Assembly (NCBI GenBank): GCA_023246005.1
Contig: JAHFJG010000009.1
Span: forward strand, 1-47,914
Reading direction: 5' to 3'
DNA length: 47,914 bases
Source of the DNA: Candidatus Doudnabacteria bacterium
GTDB lineage: Bacteria; Patescibacteriota; Doudnabacteria; UBA920; O2-02-FULL-48-8
The stretch's first letter is position 1, and each line of letters begins with the position of its first letter. The position numbers were made by a program, and so were the translations under genes. The notes below the pieces were generated by a model that ran no database searches, was not told the origin of the DNA, and saw nothing but the letters and a program-made list of their open reading frames with translations. This document shows, piece by piece, positions 9,605 through 18,639 of this stretch.

Positions 9605-10534
9605 TTATGAAACAATTTCCGGAGCTGGTAAAACTTCCTCTTGTTCAAATATTTGAGGTTTAATTAGTTGTAAAAAAGCCAAAATCCAAGCGGTTTGTTG
9701 AAACACTGCAACCACGGCTTGGGTAACAAAAAAAACAATTGAACCAAATACGATACTAAAAATTGTCAAACCCAAACCGACTGTCGAACCTCCCCTATGA
9801 TAAGCTAAATATGCTAAAAGTACAAATGGACTGACAGCTAATCCAGCCAAAAGTAAACTTAAAATAACAGACAAAATCATCAAACATAATAAGAGAAAAC
9901 TAAACACCAATAAAGTTGGCCAAGACTGGCTGATCAGTTCAAAACTGCGTTTAATCGCTTCGCCGATTTTAAAATCATACATAGTCACAAACATGGGAGA
10001 CAAAAAATTGATGAGGGTTGTAACAATCGATACTGGAATGAAAATTATCAAACCTAGAATGGATAAAATGATAGCTCGAATAAAAAATTTAAGGGAAAAC
10101 AGATAAAAAATTGGACTGACAATCAGGAAGGCCAAGACTAACAACAGTATCTGCATTAGCACCGTCACACCAAGCAGTCTTAGATTAAATAATCCACCGA
10201 CTCGTAGTGCCTTTATGAAAGAAGTTTCTTGCTTTTCCAAAATAGCTTTGACTGCGATAATATTTGCCGCCCTGGCTCGGAAAAAAAGTAATATTAATTG
10301 AAAAACCAAAAATAATATTAACAATAAAATGAAATTTCCTAAAAAGGGATGATTTTTGAAAATAATTAAATCAGTAGGCACTGGCAAAGACGACGAACTC
10401 TGTTGATTTTGAGAAACGTAACTGAAATTTAACAAATTACCCCAAACTAAAAACAGGCCGAAGATCCACAAGAACTTGTTGTTCTTGACTATCTCGTAAG
10501 CCTGCTTAAAAATTTTGCGATACTCCAGCTGCAT
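9605..10534 (-). CDS. Multi-pass membrane protein of unknown function
   Basis: 309 aa with several long hydrophobic segments; abuts ftsH. Confidence 0.8.
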   Translation of the reverse strand: MQLEYRKIFKQAYEIVKNNKFLWIFGLFLVWGNLLNFSYVSQNQQSSSSLPVPTDLIIFKNHPFLGNFILLLILFLVFQLILLFFRARAANIIAVKAILEKQETSFIKALRVGGLFNLRLLGVTVLMQILLLVLAFLIVSPIFYLFSLKFFIRAIILSILGLIIFIPVSIVTTLINFLSPMFVTMYDFKIGEAIKRSFELISQSWPTLLVFSFLLLCLMILSVILSLLLAGLAVSPFVLLAYLAYHRGGSTVGLGLTIFSIVFGSIVFFVTQAVVAVFQQTAWILAFLQLIKPQIFEQEEVLPAPEIVS

Positions 10535-10535
10535 T

Positions 10536-12419
10536 CTACACAGGAACTGATGCCAGTTGTCCGCTTGTGGTATTTTTAATTAATTTATCTTTTGGAATAA
10601 TGTCAGCAACCAAATTTTCGAATTCATCACGCTCCAAAGTTTCTTTTTCTACCAATTGGTTGGCGATTAAGGTCAGATGCTTGCGATATTTTTTGATAAC
10701 ATCCGAAGCTGTGCGGAAAGCCCGCTCTATGAACCCAGCGACTTCTTCGTCAATTTTTGCGGCAACTTTCTCGGAGTAATTTTTTTGTTCGGAAATCTCG
10801 CGGCCTAAAAAAATCATTTCATGACTCTCGCCAAAAGTCATAGGCCCCAAACTTTCTGACATGCCATAAGCCGTGACTAATTTGCGCGCCAAATTCGTCG
10901 CGACTTTTAAATCATTGGAAGCGCCTGTAGTTAATTCATTAAAAACTAACTTTTCCGTGGCATAACCACCCAAAGATACTGCCAAATCCGCCAAAAATTC
11001 TGATTTGGAATGTAAATTCTTATCTTCACTTGGCAACTTCATGGTAAAACCAGCGGCGCGGCCGCGGGAAACAATCGAAACTTTGTGCACCGGGTCAGCG
11101 TGCGGCAAGACAGTGGCAATTAGCGCATGCCCGGCTTCGTGCCAAGCTGCAATTTCTTTTTCTTTTTTCGAAAGTAAGTGGCTTTTCCGTTCAGGGCCTA
11201 ACATAACTTTTTCAATAGCAGAAATCAATTCAGTTTGACCCACTTCTTTCATATTTTTGCGCGCAGCCAAAATCGCGCCTTCATTCATAAGATTGGACAA
11301 ATCAGCTCCAGAAAATCCTGGCGTTCTTTCAGCAATGCTTCGCAAATTGACGCTCTTGGCCAGAGGCTTGCCTTTGGCATGGACTTGTAAAATTGCTTCC
11401 CGATCATTGATATCAGGCAGATCCAAAATCACCTGCCGGTCAAACCTGCCTGGTCGAAGCAGGGCCGGATCGAGTACATCTGGACGGTTAGTCGCGGCAA
11501 TGACAATGACATTGGTTTCATTTTCAAATCCATCCATCTCAACCAAAATTTGATTCAAGGTTTGCTCTCGTTCGTCATGCGATCCACCTAAACCCGCGCC
11601 TCGTTGTCGGCCAACGGCATCAATTTCATCTATAAACACGATGCACGGTGAGTTGCGCTTAGCTTTCTTAAATAAATCCCTGACGCGCGAAGCGCCCACA
11701 CCCACAAACATTTCTACGAACTCTGAACCCGAAATATGGAAAAAAGGAACATTAGCCTCCCCTGCCACTGCCCGGGCGACTAAAGTTTTGCCAACTCCTG
11801 GAGGACCAAGCAACAAAACACCCTTAGGAATTCTGGCGCCTAAAGAAAAGAATTTTTGCGGGAAGCGTAAAAATTCCACGATTTCTTTGAGTTCTTCTTT
11901 GGCTTCTTTCGCGCCGGCCACATCAACAAATGTCGCGCGCTTACGGCGATCTGATTGTTCCAAAACTTTTGCTCCTGATTGGCCAAATGACATAGCGCGA
12001 TTGTTTGAGCCTTGAACTTGGCGCATCAAAAACCAGATGAATGCTGCAATCAAAAGAAAAGGAATTAAAAACGGCAGTACAGTTGAGATAAGAAAAGATG
12101 AAGACGATGAAGCGTCGGAAACCTCAATTTTCAAATCTTTCTGTTTGCCAGAATCTACTCCAGCATCCTTCAGAGTTGTAAAAATAGACACCCCGTTCTC
12201 TTTTTCAGAAATTTGCTGGCTGCCATCTTTCAAATACACAGTCAGTTTGTCAATATTAACCACAATCCGATCAATCTTGCCGGCATTAGCTTCTCCTGCG
12301 ATTTGAGAAATCGAAACTGTATTTGCTGGACTGGTGTTATTGTTAAATAAAGTAAACGCGCCAGCAATCACGAGAAAGATGGCGAGAATGATTAATAAGT
12401 TCCGGATAAAATTCGACAT
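10536..12419 (-). CDS. ftsH: ATP-dependent zinc metalloprotease FtsH
   Basis: Two TM segments, [42 protein letters not shown]. Confidence 0.98.
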   Translation of the reverse strand: MSNFIRNLLIILAIFLVIAGAFTLFNNNTSPANTVSISQIAGEANAGKIDRIVVNIDKLTVYLKDGSQQISEKENGVSIFTTLKDAGVDSGKQKDLKIEVSDASSSSSFLISTVLPFLIPFLLIAAFIWFLMRQVQGSNNRAMSFGQSGAKVLEQSDRRKRATFVDVAGAKEAKEELKEIVEFLRFPQKFFSLGARIPKGVLLLGPPGVGKTLVARAVAGEANVPFFHISGSEFVEMFVGVGASRVRDLFKKAKRNSPCIVFIDEIDAVGRQRGAGLGGSHDEREQTLNQILVEMDGFENETNVIVIAATNRPDVLDPALLRPGRFDRQVILDLPDINDREAILQVHAKGKPLAKSVNLRSIAERTPGFSGADLSNLMNEGAILAARKNMKEVGQTELISAIEKVMLGPERKSHLLSKKEKEIAAWHEAGHALIATVLPHADPVHKVSIVSRGRAAGFTMKLPSEDKNLHSKSEFLADLAVSLGGYATEKLVFNELTTGASNDLKVATNLARKLVTAYGMSESLGPMTFGESHEMIFLGREISEQKNYSEKVAAKIDEEVAGFIERAFRTASDVIKKYRKHLTLIANQLVEKETLERDEFENLVADIIPKDKLIKNTTSGQLASVPV

Positions 12420-12422
12420 TTA

Positions 12423-12725
12423 CCCCCACACCAAACGAATTTAAAAGTCGATTGACTTCTTAATTCGTATTAATAGTTGTCTCCTGGCCCTTGCCCCAAG
12501 CTTGAGATTATGTTCTCTATGACGCGCATCTTGTTCTGAAGCGTAAGCTTCATAATAAACAAGTGTTAACGGTCTTCTATTTCTAGAAGATGGCACAAGT
12601 CCTGAATTATGTTTTTTATATCGTTCTATTAAATTCTTTGTAGATCCAATATATAACAGCTGATCCTTCAAACTTTTTAAGATATAAACGAAAAACATAA
12701 TTCAAAACTCGTTATGGTGTGAGGG
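12423..12725. mobile_element. Family A element carrying a GIY-YIG gene
   Basis: CCCCCACACCA at the left end and TGGTGTGAGGG at the right end bracket the ORF within about 20 bp; flanks TTTA/TGTA. Confidence 0.7.
12441..12698 (-). CDS. Small GIY-YIG nuclease family protein
   Basis: VYILKS...LYIGST...R...H...YYEAY...ARHRE..LK. Confidence 0.92.
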   Translation of the reverse strand: MFFVYILKSLKDQLLYIGSTKNLIERYKKHNSGLVPSSRNRRPLTLVYYEAYASEQDARHREHNLKLGARARRQLLIRIKKSIDF

Positions 12726-12767
12726 TGTAGCTTACAAATTTTACCTAATTTTGGAATAAAAGTCAAT

Positions 12768-12854
12768 TGGTGCCGACGGTCGGATTCGAACCGACATGCT
12801 CTTGCGAGTGCTGGGTCCTAAACCCAGTGCGTCTGCCAGTTTCGCCACGTCGGC
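12768..12854 (-). tRNA. tRNA-Leu (TAG)
   Basis: GCCGACGTGGCGAAACTGG...TTTAGGA...long variable arm...GGTTCGAATCC...CCA. Confidence 0.95.
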
Positions 12855-12860
12855 ATTAAC

Positions 12861-13100
12861 TTATTTTAGCTTTTTTAAGAATTCTTTACCAGTTCCCGAT
12901 TTCAAATATTTCTCTCTTTGTCTGGCAGAAACTCGATCTGAAAACTCTTCTGTATATATTAATTTAAAAGGCCTATATGCACGCGTTGTTCTTTCTTTAC
13001 CTAGATTATGCTGGACAATCCTCTTTTCAACATTAAATGCTAAACCTACGTAAATATAATTTCTTATCAAACTACTGATCGCATAGACTGAACATTTCAT
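12861..13100 (-). CDS. Small GIY-YIG nuclease family protein
   Basis: VYAISS...YIYVG...R...HN.G...AR.REKYLKSG.GKEF. Confidence 0.92.
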   Translation of the reverse strand: MKCSVYAISSLIRNYIYVGLAFNVEKRIVQHNLGKERTTRAYRPFKLIYTEEFSDRVSARQREKYLKSGTGKEFLKKLK

Positions 13101-13112
13101 AAGTTAATATCT

Positions 13113-13175
13113 TAGGTCCTAAACCTTGCATGCCTGCCTGCCGGCAGGCAGGTCTGCTGTTTCATCACCCCGGCA
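13113..13175 (-). pseudogene. Degenerate tRNA-Leu 5' half with an inserted palindrome
   Basis: ggtcctaaacc...tctgctgtttcatcaccccggca matches tRNA-Leu ggtcctaaacc...tctgccagtttcgccacgtcggca; interrupted by CCTGCCTGCCGGCAGGCAGG. Confidence 0.65.
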
Positions 13176-13212
13176 TAATATATTAACGAATTGCGGATTG
13201 CGAATTACGGAT

Positions 13213-13590
13213 TTATTTTTTGCCTTTTCTAAAATTGTCCAAATAGACCATAAAGCCACCGATCTGATTGCCTAATTCTTCAAGTTTCTTATTTGCGTCC
13301 TCAAATTCGTCTTCAGTAATATAACCAACAACTAATGCTATACGTAACTGATTACGAACTTCCCCTACAGAACCCTTCGACATCCTAAGAAACCGTATAA
13401 ATTCGTTATTATTATTCTTCTCGAAACCTTCAACTATACAAGAGCTAACTCCAATCATTGCACCTCTAATCTGATCCCTGAGTTTAAAATCCTTACTGAA
13501 TTTTAGATTATTGGATAAATCGTAAACTAACTTTGTCAGCTTCAACGATTCTTGCCAAATTGGCAGTTCTTCGAATCTTTTATATTTCAT
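13213..13590 (-). CDS. Four-helix-bundle protein (23S rRNA IVP-like family)
   Basis: FEELPIWQ...LRDQIRGA...IVEGFE...EFIRFLRMSKGSVGEVRNQL. Confidence 0.92.
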   Translation of the reverse strand: MKYKRFEELPIWQESLKLTKLVYDLSNNLKFSKDFKLRDQIRGAMIGVSSCIVEGFEKNNNNEFIRFLRMSKGSVGEVRNQLRIALVVGYITEDEFEDANKKLEELGNQIGGFMVYLDNFRKGKK

Positions 13591-13658
13591 AATCCGTTAA
13601 TTCGTTAATCCGTAAATCCGCCAATTATCTGTGAGAAGTATATCAAAAGCCCTTAACA

Positions 13659-13715
13659 TTGACAAAATTGACATTGACAAAATCTGTTGACAAAATCAAG
13701 CATTTTTGCTATACT
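13659..13715 (+). promoter_or_regulatory. Sigma70-type promoter preceded by stacked TTGACA boxes
   Basis: TTGACA(13687)-17 bp-TATACT(13710); extra TTGACA at 13659, 13668 and 13674. Confidence 0.75.
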
Positions 13716-13881
13716 TGGCCGTCATCATCATGATGATTTCGGCCTGCCCGCCGAAGACGAAAGTCAAAGGCGGGTTGCGGTCCGAAGCTCCTTAAAAACC
13801 GAATAATTCAAACTAAAATAACGGTCATCGAAAGGTGACCAAACAGTCAACAACTTAGCCGCCAACAGCGGGAGGTGTCAC

Positions 13882-15222
13882 ATGTCAGAACAAGGAAAAG
13901 TGAAGTGGTTTCAGAATGGCTACGGCAGGGTCTCCCGCCCAGACGGCAGTGAAGCGTTCCTGCCTCCGCGAACGTTCGCGAGAGGTGAGGATATCATCGG
14001 GGGCGATGAGTTGGAGTTTGACGTTGAACCTGATCCGGATCCCGCAAGGCCCGGAAAGTTTCTAGCAAAAAATGTGAAGATCATAAACAAGGTCTCACGC
14101 CCAACTCCTAGTCCCATCCCAATACCTGCACCTGCAGCGTCGCCGTTGGCTAAGGAAGAACCCGAGGCAAAAGTGTCGTGGAGATTTGATCCGCCAAAAG
14201 TGCAAGAAGGACTGATGCTGGTGCGAACCTTCATCGCTTTCAAATTCAACAACGACCCAGTGCCAGGAATCGACGTCTCGCTTTTCAAAGTCGACAGTCA
14301 AGCTGAGGAAACTCAAGTTCTAACCCCGACCAAGAAGGCGACGACGAACGAAGAAGGCGAAGTTTACTTCGCTCTGTATCTGGAACCTAGCATTGCTGCG
14401 TGCGATCTGTTTGCCAAAGTTGAAGGGAAGAAATATCCTTTCTTCTGGAGCAAGCCGATCACTGCGAGCGGTGCTGATGCTTCCAATGTTTACGACCTGG
14501 AACTCACCTCCAAACCGGTTAGGCCTGACGGCAAGTTCATGGTTCGCGCCATCACACGCAAAAATGGGGTCGCTCAATCTGATTCTTTTCACTTTTGTCC
14601 AACGTGGGAATGCAAAGTCACTCCCATTCTCGGACACATGGTGGAAATCACGGAAGTCTTTGTCAGAGGAGCTTACACGAGAGTAACTGGCCAACAGATC
14701 AATCTCAACACTCCGGACGGTCAGCTGGTAATTCAAGCTGACCAGACCGGACCTGCTGAAATGCGGATCCAATGGCCGGAGCCATGCCTGGAAATGCACA
14801 CCTCGAATGATGGCGTCGCTGAATTCCTGGTTGAATTCGAAGGGGACAACATGCCTATCGAAGGCCGATACCATGATAAGATTGTCAGCCTTAACCTGGA
14901 AAGGTCGATCGATGATGGCAAAAACTGGACCATTGAAGTACACAACCCGCCGCGCGACCTAGATCCAATCACGGGAATGTTTTTCATCAGCGTGATCACC
15001 CGGAAAGACGGCAAGCAAGCTGATTGCAAGTTCGTGACTATTTCTGAACCTGTCCCTGTTGAAATCAAACAGATGACAGCCGCAGGACCGGTTGCGGTTA
15101 TTGATCTTGCGTCAAAGAGTCCAGGAATTTACCAGCTCTATGTCGAATTCACTGGTCTCTATGCCAAGGTTACATTTCAACTCAACGACGGCACCGAAGC
15201 CGTCGTTCATCTGCGAAAATAG
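13882..15222 (+). CDS. Protein with N-terminal cold-shock/OB-like domain, Pro-rich linker and beta-rich (Ig-like?) domains
   Basis: GKVKWFQNGYGRV...GDELEFDV...AKNV; GGAGG RBS. The Ig-like assignment is inference. Confidence 0.7.
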   Translation: MSEQGKVKWFQNGYGRVSRPDGSEAFLPPRTFARGEDIIGGDELEFDVEPDPDPARPGKFLAKNVKIINKVSRPTPSPIPIPAPAASPLAKEEPEAKVSWRFDPPKVQEGLMLVRTFIAFKFNNDPVPGIDVSLFKVDSQAEETQVLTPTKKATTNEEGEVYFALYLEPSIAACDLFAKVEGKKYPFFWSKPITASGADASNVYDLELTSKPVRPDGKFMVRAITRKNGVAQSDSFHFCPTWECKVTPILGHMVEITEVFVRGAYTRVTGQQINLNTPDGQLVIQADQTGPAEMRIQWPEPCLEMHTSNDGVAEFLVEFEGDNMPIEGRYHDKIVSLNLERSIDDGKNWTIEVHNPPRDLDPITGMFFISVITRKDGKQADCKFVTISEPVPVEIKQMTAAGPVAVIDLASKSPGIYQLYVEFTGLYAKVTFQLNDGTEAVVHLRK

Positions 15223-15230
15223 AGGACATC

Positions 15231-16022
15231 ATGGATGCTTCCACCGAAGGAATAAGGACAATCAAACACTTCATATGGCACACGTTTGAGGAATTGCTGG
15301 AGTTCTTCACAGGGGTGACCATCGGAGCCGTCGGTCATTACTTCGTTAGTGATACCGGCGCCGACGGCAAGAAAAAATTCAGCATCAACCTAAGGAACTT
15401 CCGCCTCGACGCGCCGCACTTTGCCAAAACCGTGGAAGATGTGGCGGAGTTCAATGCGCTCTGTCTCAAACTCCAACCGGGGCAGATGAAACAGCTCGAA
15501 CCATGGATGGTAATCCTCGGCAATCATCAGCGTTCGCATATCGAGATCAATATCGCTGAAATGACTCGCCGACAGAATCTGTCGCCTGACGCAACCACGA
15601 ACAATACTCTGGCTCGACAAGAAGCCTTCACAGCACTGGAGCAATTGGCTAGAGTGGATGCTGCTACTGATCCGGCGAATCCGAATCAGCCTCATCCGGA
15701 TCCAGTGGAACGTTGGAGGGCCAGAAATGCTCACGCCGTGGCGTTCAAACTCATGAGAGCAAACGAGAACGACTACCCCGGCGCCCGCTGGCCAGCAGAA
15801 ATTGGACAAGTCTTGCACGAATTCTTAGTGGAGTTCCAAGCGGCGAAGATGACCTGGGATCAGTGGATGACGCAGCTGACTTCCACAATCGATGCGGATA
15901 CCAACCGTCTCGAACAGGCTCGCATCGCTCGCGAACAAGTTCGCGCGCAAGGTGGATTGCGCGGGGCATGGAACCGGTTCAATCAATCACGACGCCGCCT
16001 GTCGGCTTTTCCGTGGGAGTAG
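15231..16022 (+). CDS. Hypothetical protein
   Basis: RBS and tight operon spacing. Confidence 0.7.
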   Translation: MDASTEGIRTIKHFIWHTFEELLEFFTGVTIGAVGHYFVSDTGADGKKKFSINLRNFRLDAPHFAKTVEDVAEFNALCLKLQPGQMKQLEPWMVILGNHQRSHIEINIAEMTRRQNLSPDATTNNTLARQEAFTALEQLARVDAATDPANPNQPHPDPVERWRARNAHAVAFKLMRANENDYPGARWPAEIGQVLHEFLVEFQAAKMTWDQWMTQLTSTIDADTNRLEQARIAREQVRAQGGLRGAWNRFNQSRRRLSAFPWE

Positions 16023-16052
16023 GTTTAAGCCTACTTCCACAGAGGTACAATC

Positions 16053-16901
16053 ATGGAAGAAACACTCGGAACAGCACGTTCTGCCACGGCTTGGGGTATG
16101 CAAGCTGGTCGCAATGCCCTGGAAGAGACTCGCAATGGTCTCTACGACGTGATCGTACCAATCTACATTCTCGGGCTAGTCCTGCCGATTCCCATCGGCT
16201 GGATCGGCGACTTCATCGGTTGGCTGATTTTGCTCGTACCGACCGTCGTCCGACGAGCCAACATTGCACAGGGTTCCTGGTATGGCGATGCACTGGGATG
16301 GGTTCTTGCCCATATGGAAAATCTAGCAGGATTTTTCTACCACTTGGGGCATATTCCCGCCGCACTCGCGTTCGTTCTCGTCGGTTACTATTATTGGCAG
16401 ATTGTCGGTCGCGGCGTGATTGCGGAAGGAGCCGTGCACGCACTGCCAAATTGGCTACAAAACATCGTAGCCAAATGGAGTGTGCTAGCCGGGGTTCTCG
16501 GCCGAGATTTCCGCATCATGGCAAGCATTGGCATGTGGGGATCGGTTCTGCTCTGGGTACCGCTCGAATTCCCAGTGTGGCGACACGTCTACCACTACTC
16601 CGGAGCACTGGCCTTGACCATGGCTCTGACGTACGTGGTGGCGACGAGCAAGCACTTCGACACGTTCTGGCGAAAATTCTACGGCGGAAATTTGGTCTGG
16701 ATCGCAGCCAGACACGCTCTGGGACTTATGGGGTACGAGCTCGTCTCCCTATGGGCATACGTAAGCTCGACTTCGTTCGACTTCAGTGACCTCGACTCGT
16801 TCGAGATCATGCTTCTCTTTGTGGGACTGGCGCTGGTAGTTGCAATTGTGCTTCCAGCGTTGAGCAAATCAACATCAACGTCAACATCACCAAGCCACTA
16901 A
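16053..16901 (+). CDS. Hypothetical multi-pass membrane protein
   Basis: Multiple hydrophobic helices; GAGG RBS. Confidence 0.75.
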   Translation: MEETLGTARSATAWGMQAGRNALEETRNGLYDVIVPIYILGLVLPIPIGWIGDFIGWLILLVPTVVRRANIAQGSWYGDALGWVLAHMENLAGFFYHLGHIPAALAFVLVGYYYWQIVGRGVIAEGAVHALPNWLQNIVAKWSVLAGVLGRDFRIMASIGMWGSVLLWVPLEFPVWRHVYHYSGALALTMALTYVVATSKHFDTFWRKFYGGNLVWIAARHALGLMGYELVSLWAYVSSTSFDFSDLDSFEIMLLFVGLALVVAIVLPALSKSTSTSTSPSH

Positions 16902-16914
16902 CAGGAGACCAAAA

Positions 16915-17772
16915 ATGCGAAAAACGATCATTCTATTAGTGGTCCTGGTCTGCGCTGGGTATGCAATTCGCACTTGGCACGTTGGCAATCGTGCGAGTTA
17001 CTATCGAGAGGAAGCGAAAGTCGACCACAAGATCGGGCAGATGCATGTTGGCAATACCGCCAAGCTCGAAGACGAGACGAATCCAAAACTCATGAAGCAA
17101 TGGGTCAAAGACGTCGACGTCGCGAGCTTCACGGGGGCAATCCTGCCATCGGCAACCAGGTCTGCCGGCTTGGACAATGCCAAGGATGCCTGGCTGTCTA
17201 GAGCGCAGCGCAAAATTCCGTTGAGGCGCGATCCGTACGTCACTGGCGCTCAGAACGCCTGGAAAACGTTCTTTCCGGCGCACGAAGACATCCTCGTAAC
17301 AGTCGGGAAAGATGATCAGATCTGTAATGGGGAACGGATCAACGAATGCTACCATGCTGATGGGCCATACACAGGTTTCAAGCCCAGCATCATGGATGAG
17401 AAAAAAACGGTGATGCAGGATCCGGATCCCAAGCATGGCGGCAACCCATCATCACCGCCGGGAAACTATCGGGCTCTGATAGCCCGAATCAGCCAACGAG
17501 GCGGACACACCGCGATTGTCGAAACGGGTTTCCAATTCGCAATTTGCGGTGCAAGCGCTGGGGCTGGCGACACAGAACTCTGGACAAATGGGGCCACTAT
17601 AATTGGCCCATCGCACAATGTCCAGGATTTCTGGGGCGGTAGCGGCGGCTACAGCTTCGAAGCAAAACCTGATCGGTTGGCAATGACGGCATGCTTGCTT
17701 CGACCAGGCCAGCCGATCGTGCCACTCGATTCGCTGGCAACGCTGTCAACAATGGCAGCAAACAATCAATAG
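16915..17772 (+). CDS. Hypothetical secreted or membrane-anchored protein
   Basis: MRKTIILLVVLVCAG signal-like N-terminus; AGGAG RBS. Confidence 0.75.
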   Translation: MRKTIILLVVLVCAGYAIRTWHVGNRASYYREEAKVDHKIGQMHVGNTAKLEDETNPKLMKQWVKDVDVASFTGAILPSATRSAGLDNAKDAWLSRAQRKIPLRRDPYVTGAQNAWKTFFPAHEDILVTVGKDDQICNGERINECYHADGPYTGFKPSIMDEKKTVMQDPDPKHGGNPSSPPGNYRALIARISQRGGHTAIVETGFQFAICGASAGAGDTELWTNGATIIGPSHNVQDFWGGSGGYSFEAKPDRLAMTACLLRPGQPIVPLDSLATLSTMAANNQ

Positions 17773-17817
17773 GAGGGTATTGGAAAAACCGATTCAGGCT
17801 ATACGCCTAATCACATA

Positions 17818-17860
17818 CGGGTGTGCGAAGCTACCAAGCTTCCGCACCCGTTTTCTTTTT
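17818..17860 (+). terminator. Intrinsic terminator
   Basis: CGGGTG...CACCCG hairpin followed by a T-tract. Confidence 0.65.
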
Positions 17861-17861
17861 A

Positions 17862-18009
17862 CCCAGTATATCAACTTCGATAATGGTTTTTGAATTTGCT
17901 TTTGCCAAAAGTAGTAGTTATTAATTTTTATTTAACCCTAATCTATAGTTTTAAAATTTAACTAATCAAAAACCATTAAGGGCAAAAGCATCGAAGTTGT
18001 ATTACTGGG
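17862..18009. mobile_element. MITE-like element, family B (CCCAGTATATCAACTTC...GAAGTTGTATTACTGGG)
   Basis: Same two asymmetric ends as the element at 25784-26092; AT-rich core; flanks TTTA/TTTG. Confidence 0.85.
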
Positions 18010-18014
18010 TTTGC

Positions 18015-18365
18015 CTAAAAAATTATTGGTTTTCTATCAATAAAAATTGATTGTATAAATCTTTTTTTCAACTCTTGATCATCAGACCAAGTCACAATAA
18101 TCAGTCTGTTCCCAACATAAAAATAAAGTTCTTGCCATGACAATTTAGATTTTCTACCAAGCACTTTCTTCGATGATAATCTCGTTTCTATTTCCTGCAA
18201 GATAGTTAAATATAATTTTTCGGCACTGGCCTTATAATTTTGGATAATCAATGCCTCACTCCATACACCGCTGTCTTGGTATAATTCAAAAAAAGCCTCC
18301 TCATAATGGCGGATAAATCGCTGCAACTCAACCAAAGCCTGCTCGCTAAATTGCAAATCTATCAT
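18015..18365 (-). CDS. Hypothetical protein (possibly RelE/ParE-like)
   Basis: IDLQFSEQALVEL N-terminus and C-terminal beta pattern; overlaps a small upstream gene. Confidence 0.55.
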   Translation of the reverse strand: MIDLQFSEQALVELQRFIRHYEEAFFELYQDSGVWSEALIIQNYKASAEKLYLTILQEIETRLSSKKVLGRKSKLSWQELYFYVGNRLIIVTWSDDQELKKRFIQSIFIDRKPIIF

Positions 18366-18507
18366 GCTTCTGGGTTTTGAGCGGGACCTGTTTTTTCCAT
18401 TGAGACCGTAGGCGTGCGCGCAATCGCTGGGCTGAAAGTTCCAAGTACGTTTCCATTTCTGCTTTAATCTCATCTAAGGAATAGGTTGTTGTATTATTCT
18501 TCTTCAT
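18346..18507 (-). CDS. Small hypothetical protein (possible antitoxin partner)
   Basis: Short ORF overlapping the downstream gene. Confidence 0.45.
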   Translation of the reverse strand: MKKNNTTTYSLDEIKAEMETYLELSAQRLRARLRSQWKKQVPLKTQKHDRFAI

Positions 18508-18537
18508 ATAAATCAAGTATATCAAGACCAAAAACCA

Positions 18538-18566
18538 TTGACAAGATGGCTTTTTTGTGCTAATAT
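18538..18566 (+). promoter_or_regulatory. Sigma70-type promoter
   Basis: TTGACA-17 bp-TAATAT. Confidence 0.65.
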
Positions 18567-18639
18567 TGAGTGTTCTTTTTACAACGGCTCACTGTCTCAT
18601 TTCCGGCTCACAAAGCCGTGCCTGTAGGAGGGCACAACA

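Noticed and set aside
13213-13590. Diversity-generating retroelement (Avd-like gene)
   Set aside because: No reverse transcriptase and no template/variable repeat pair in the window.
15713-16789. 358-aa plus-strand ORF
   Set aside because: Arg/Ser-rich alternative frame overlapping two genes that have good RBS and spacing; typical of GC-rich DNA.
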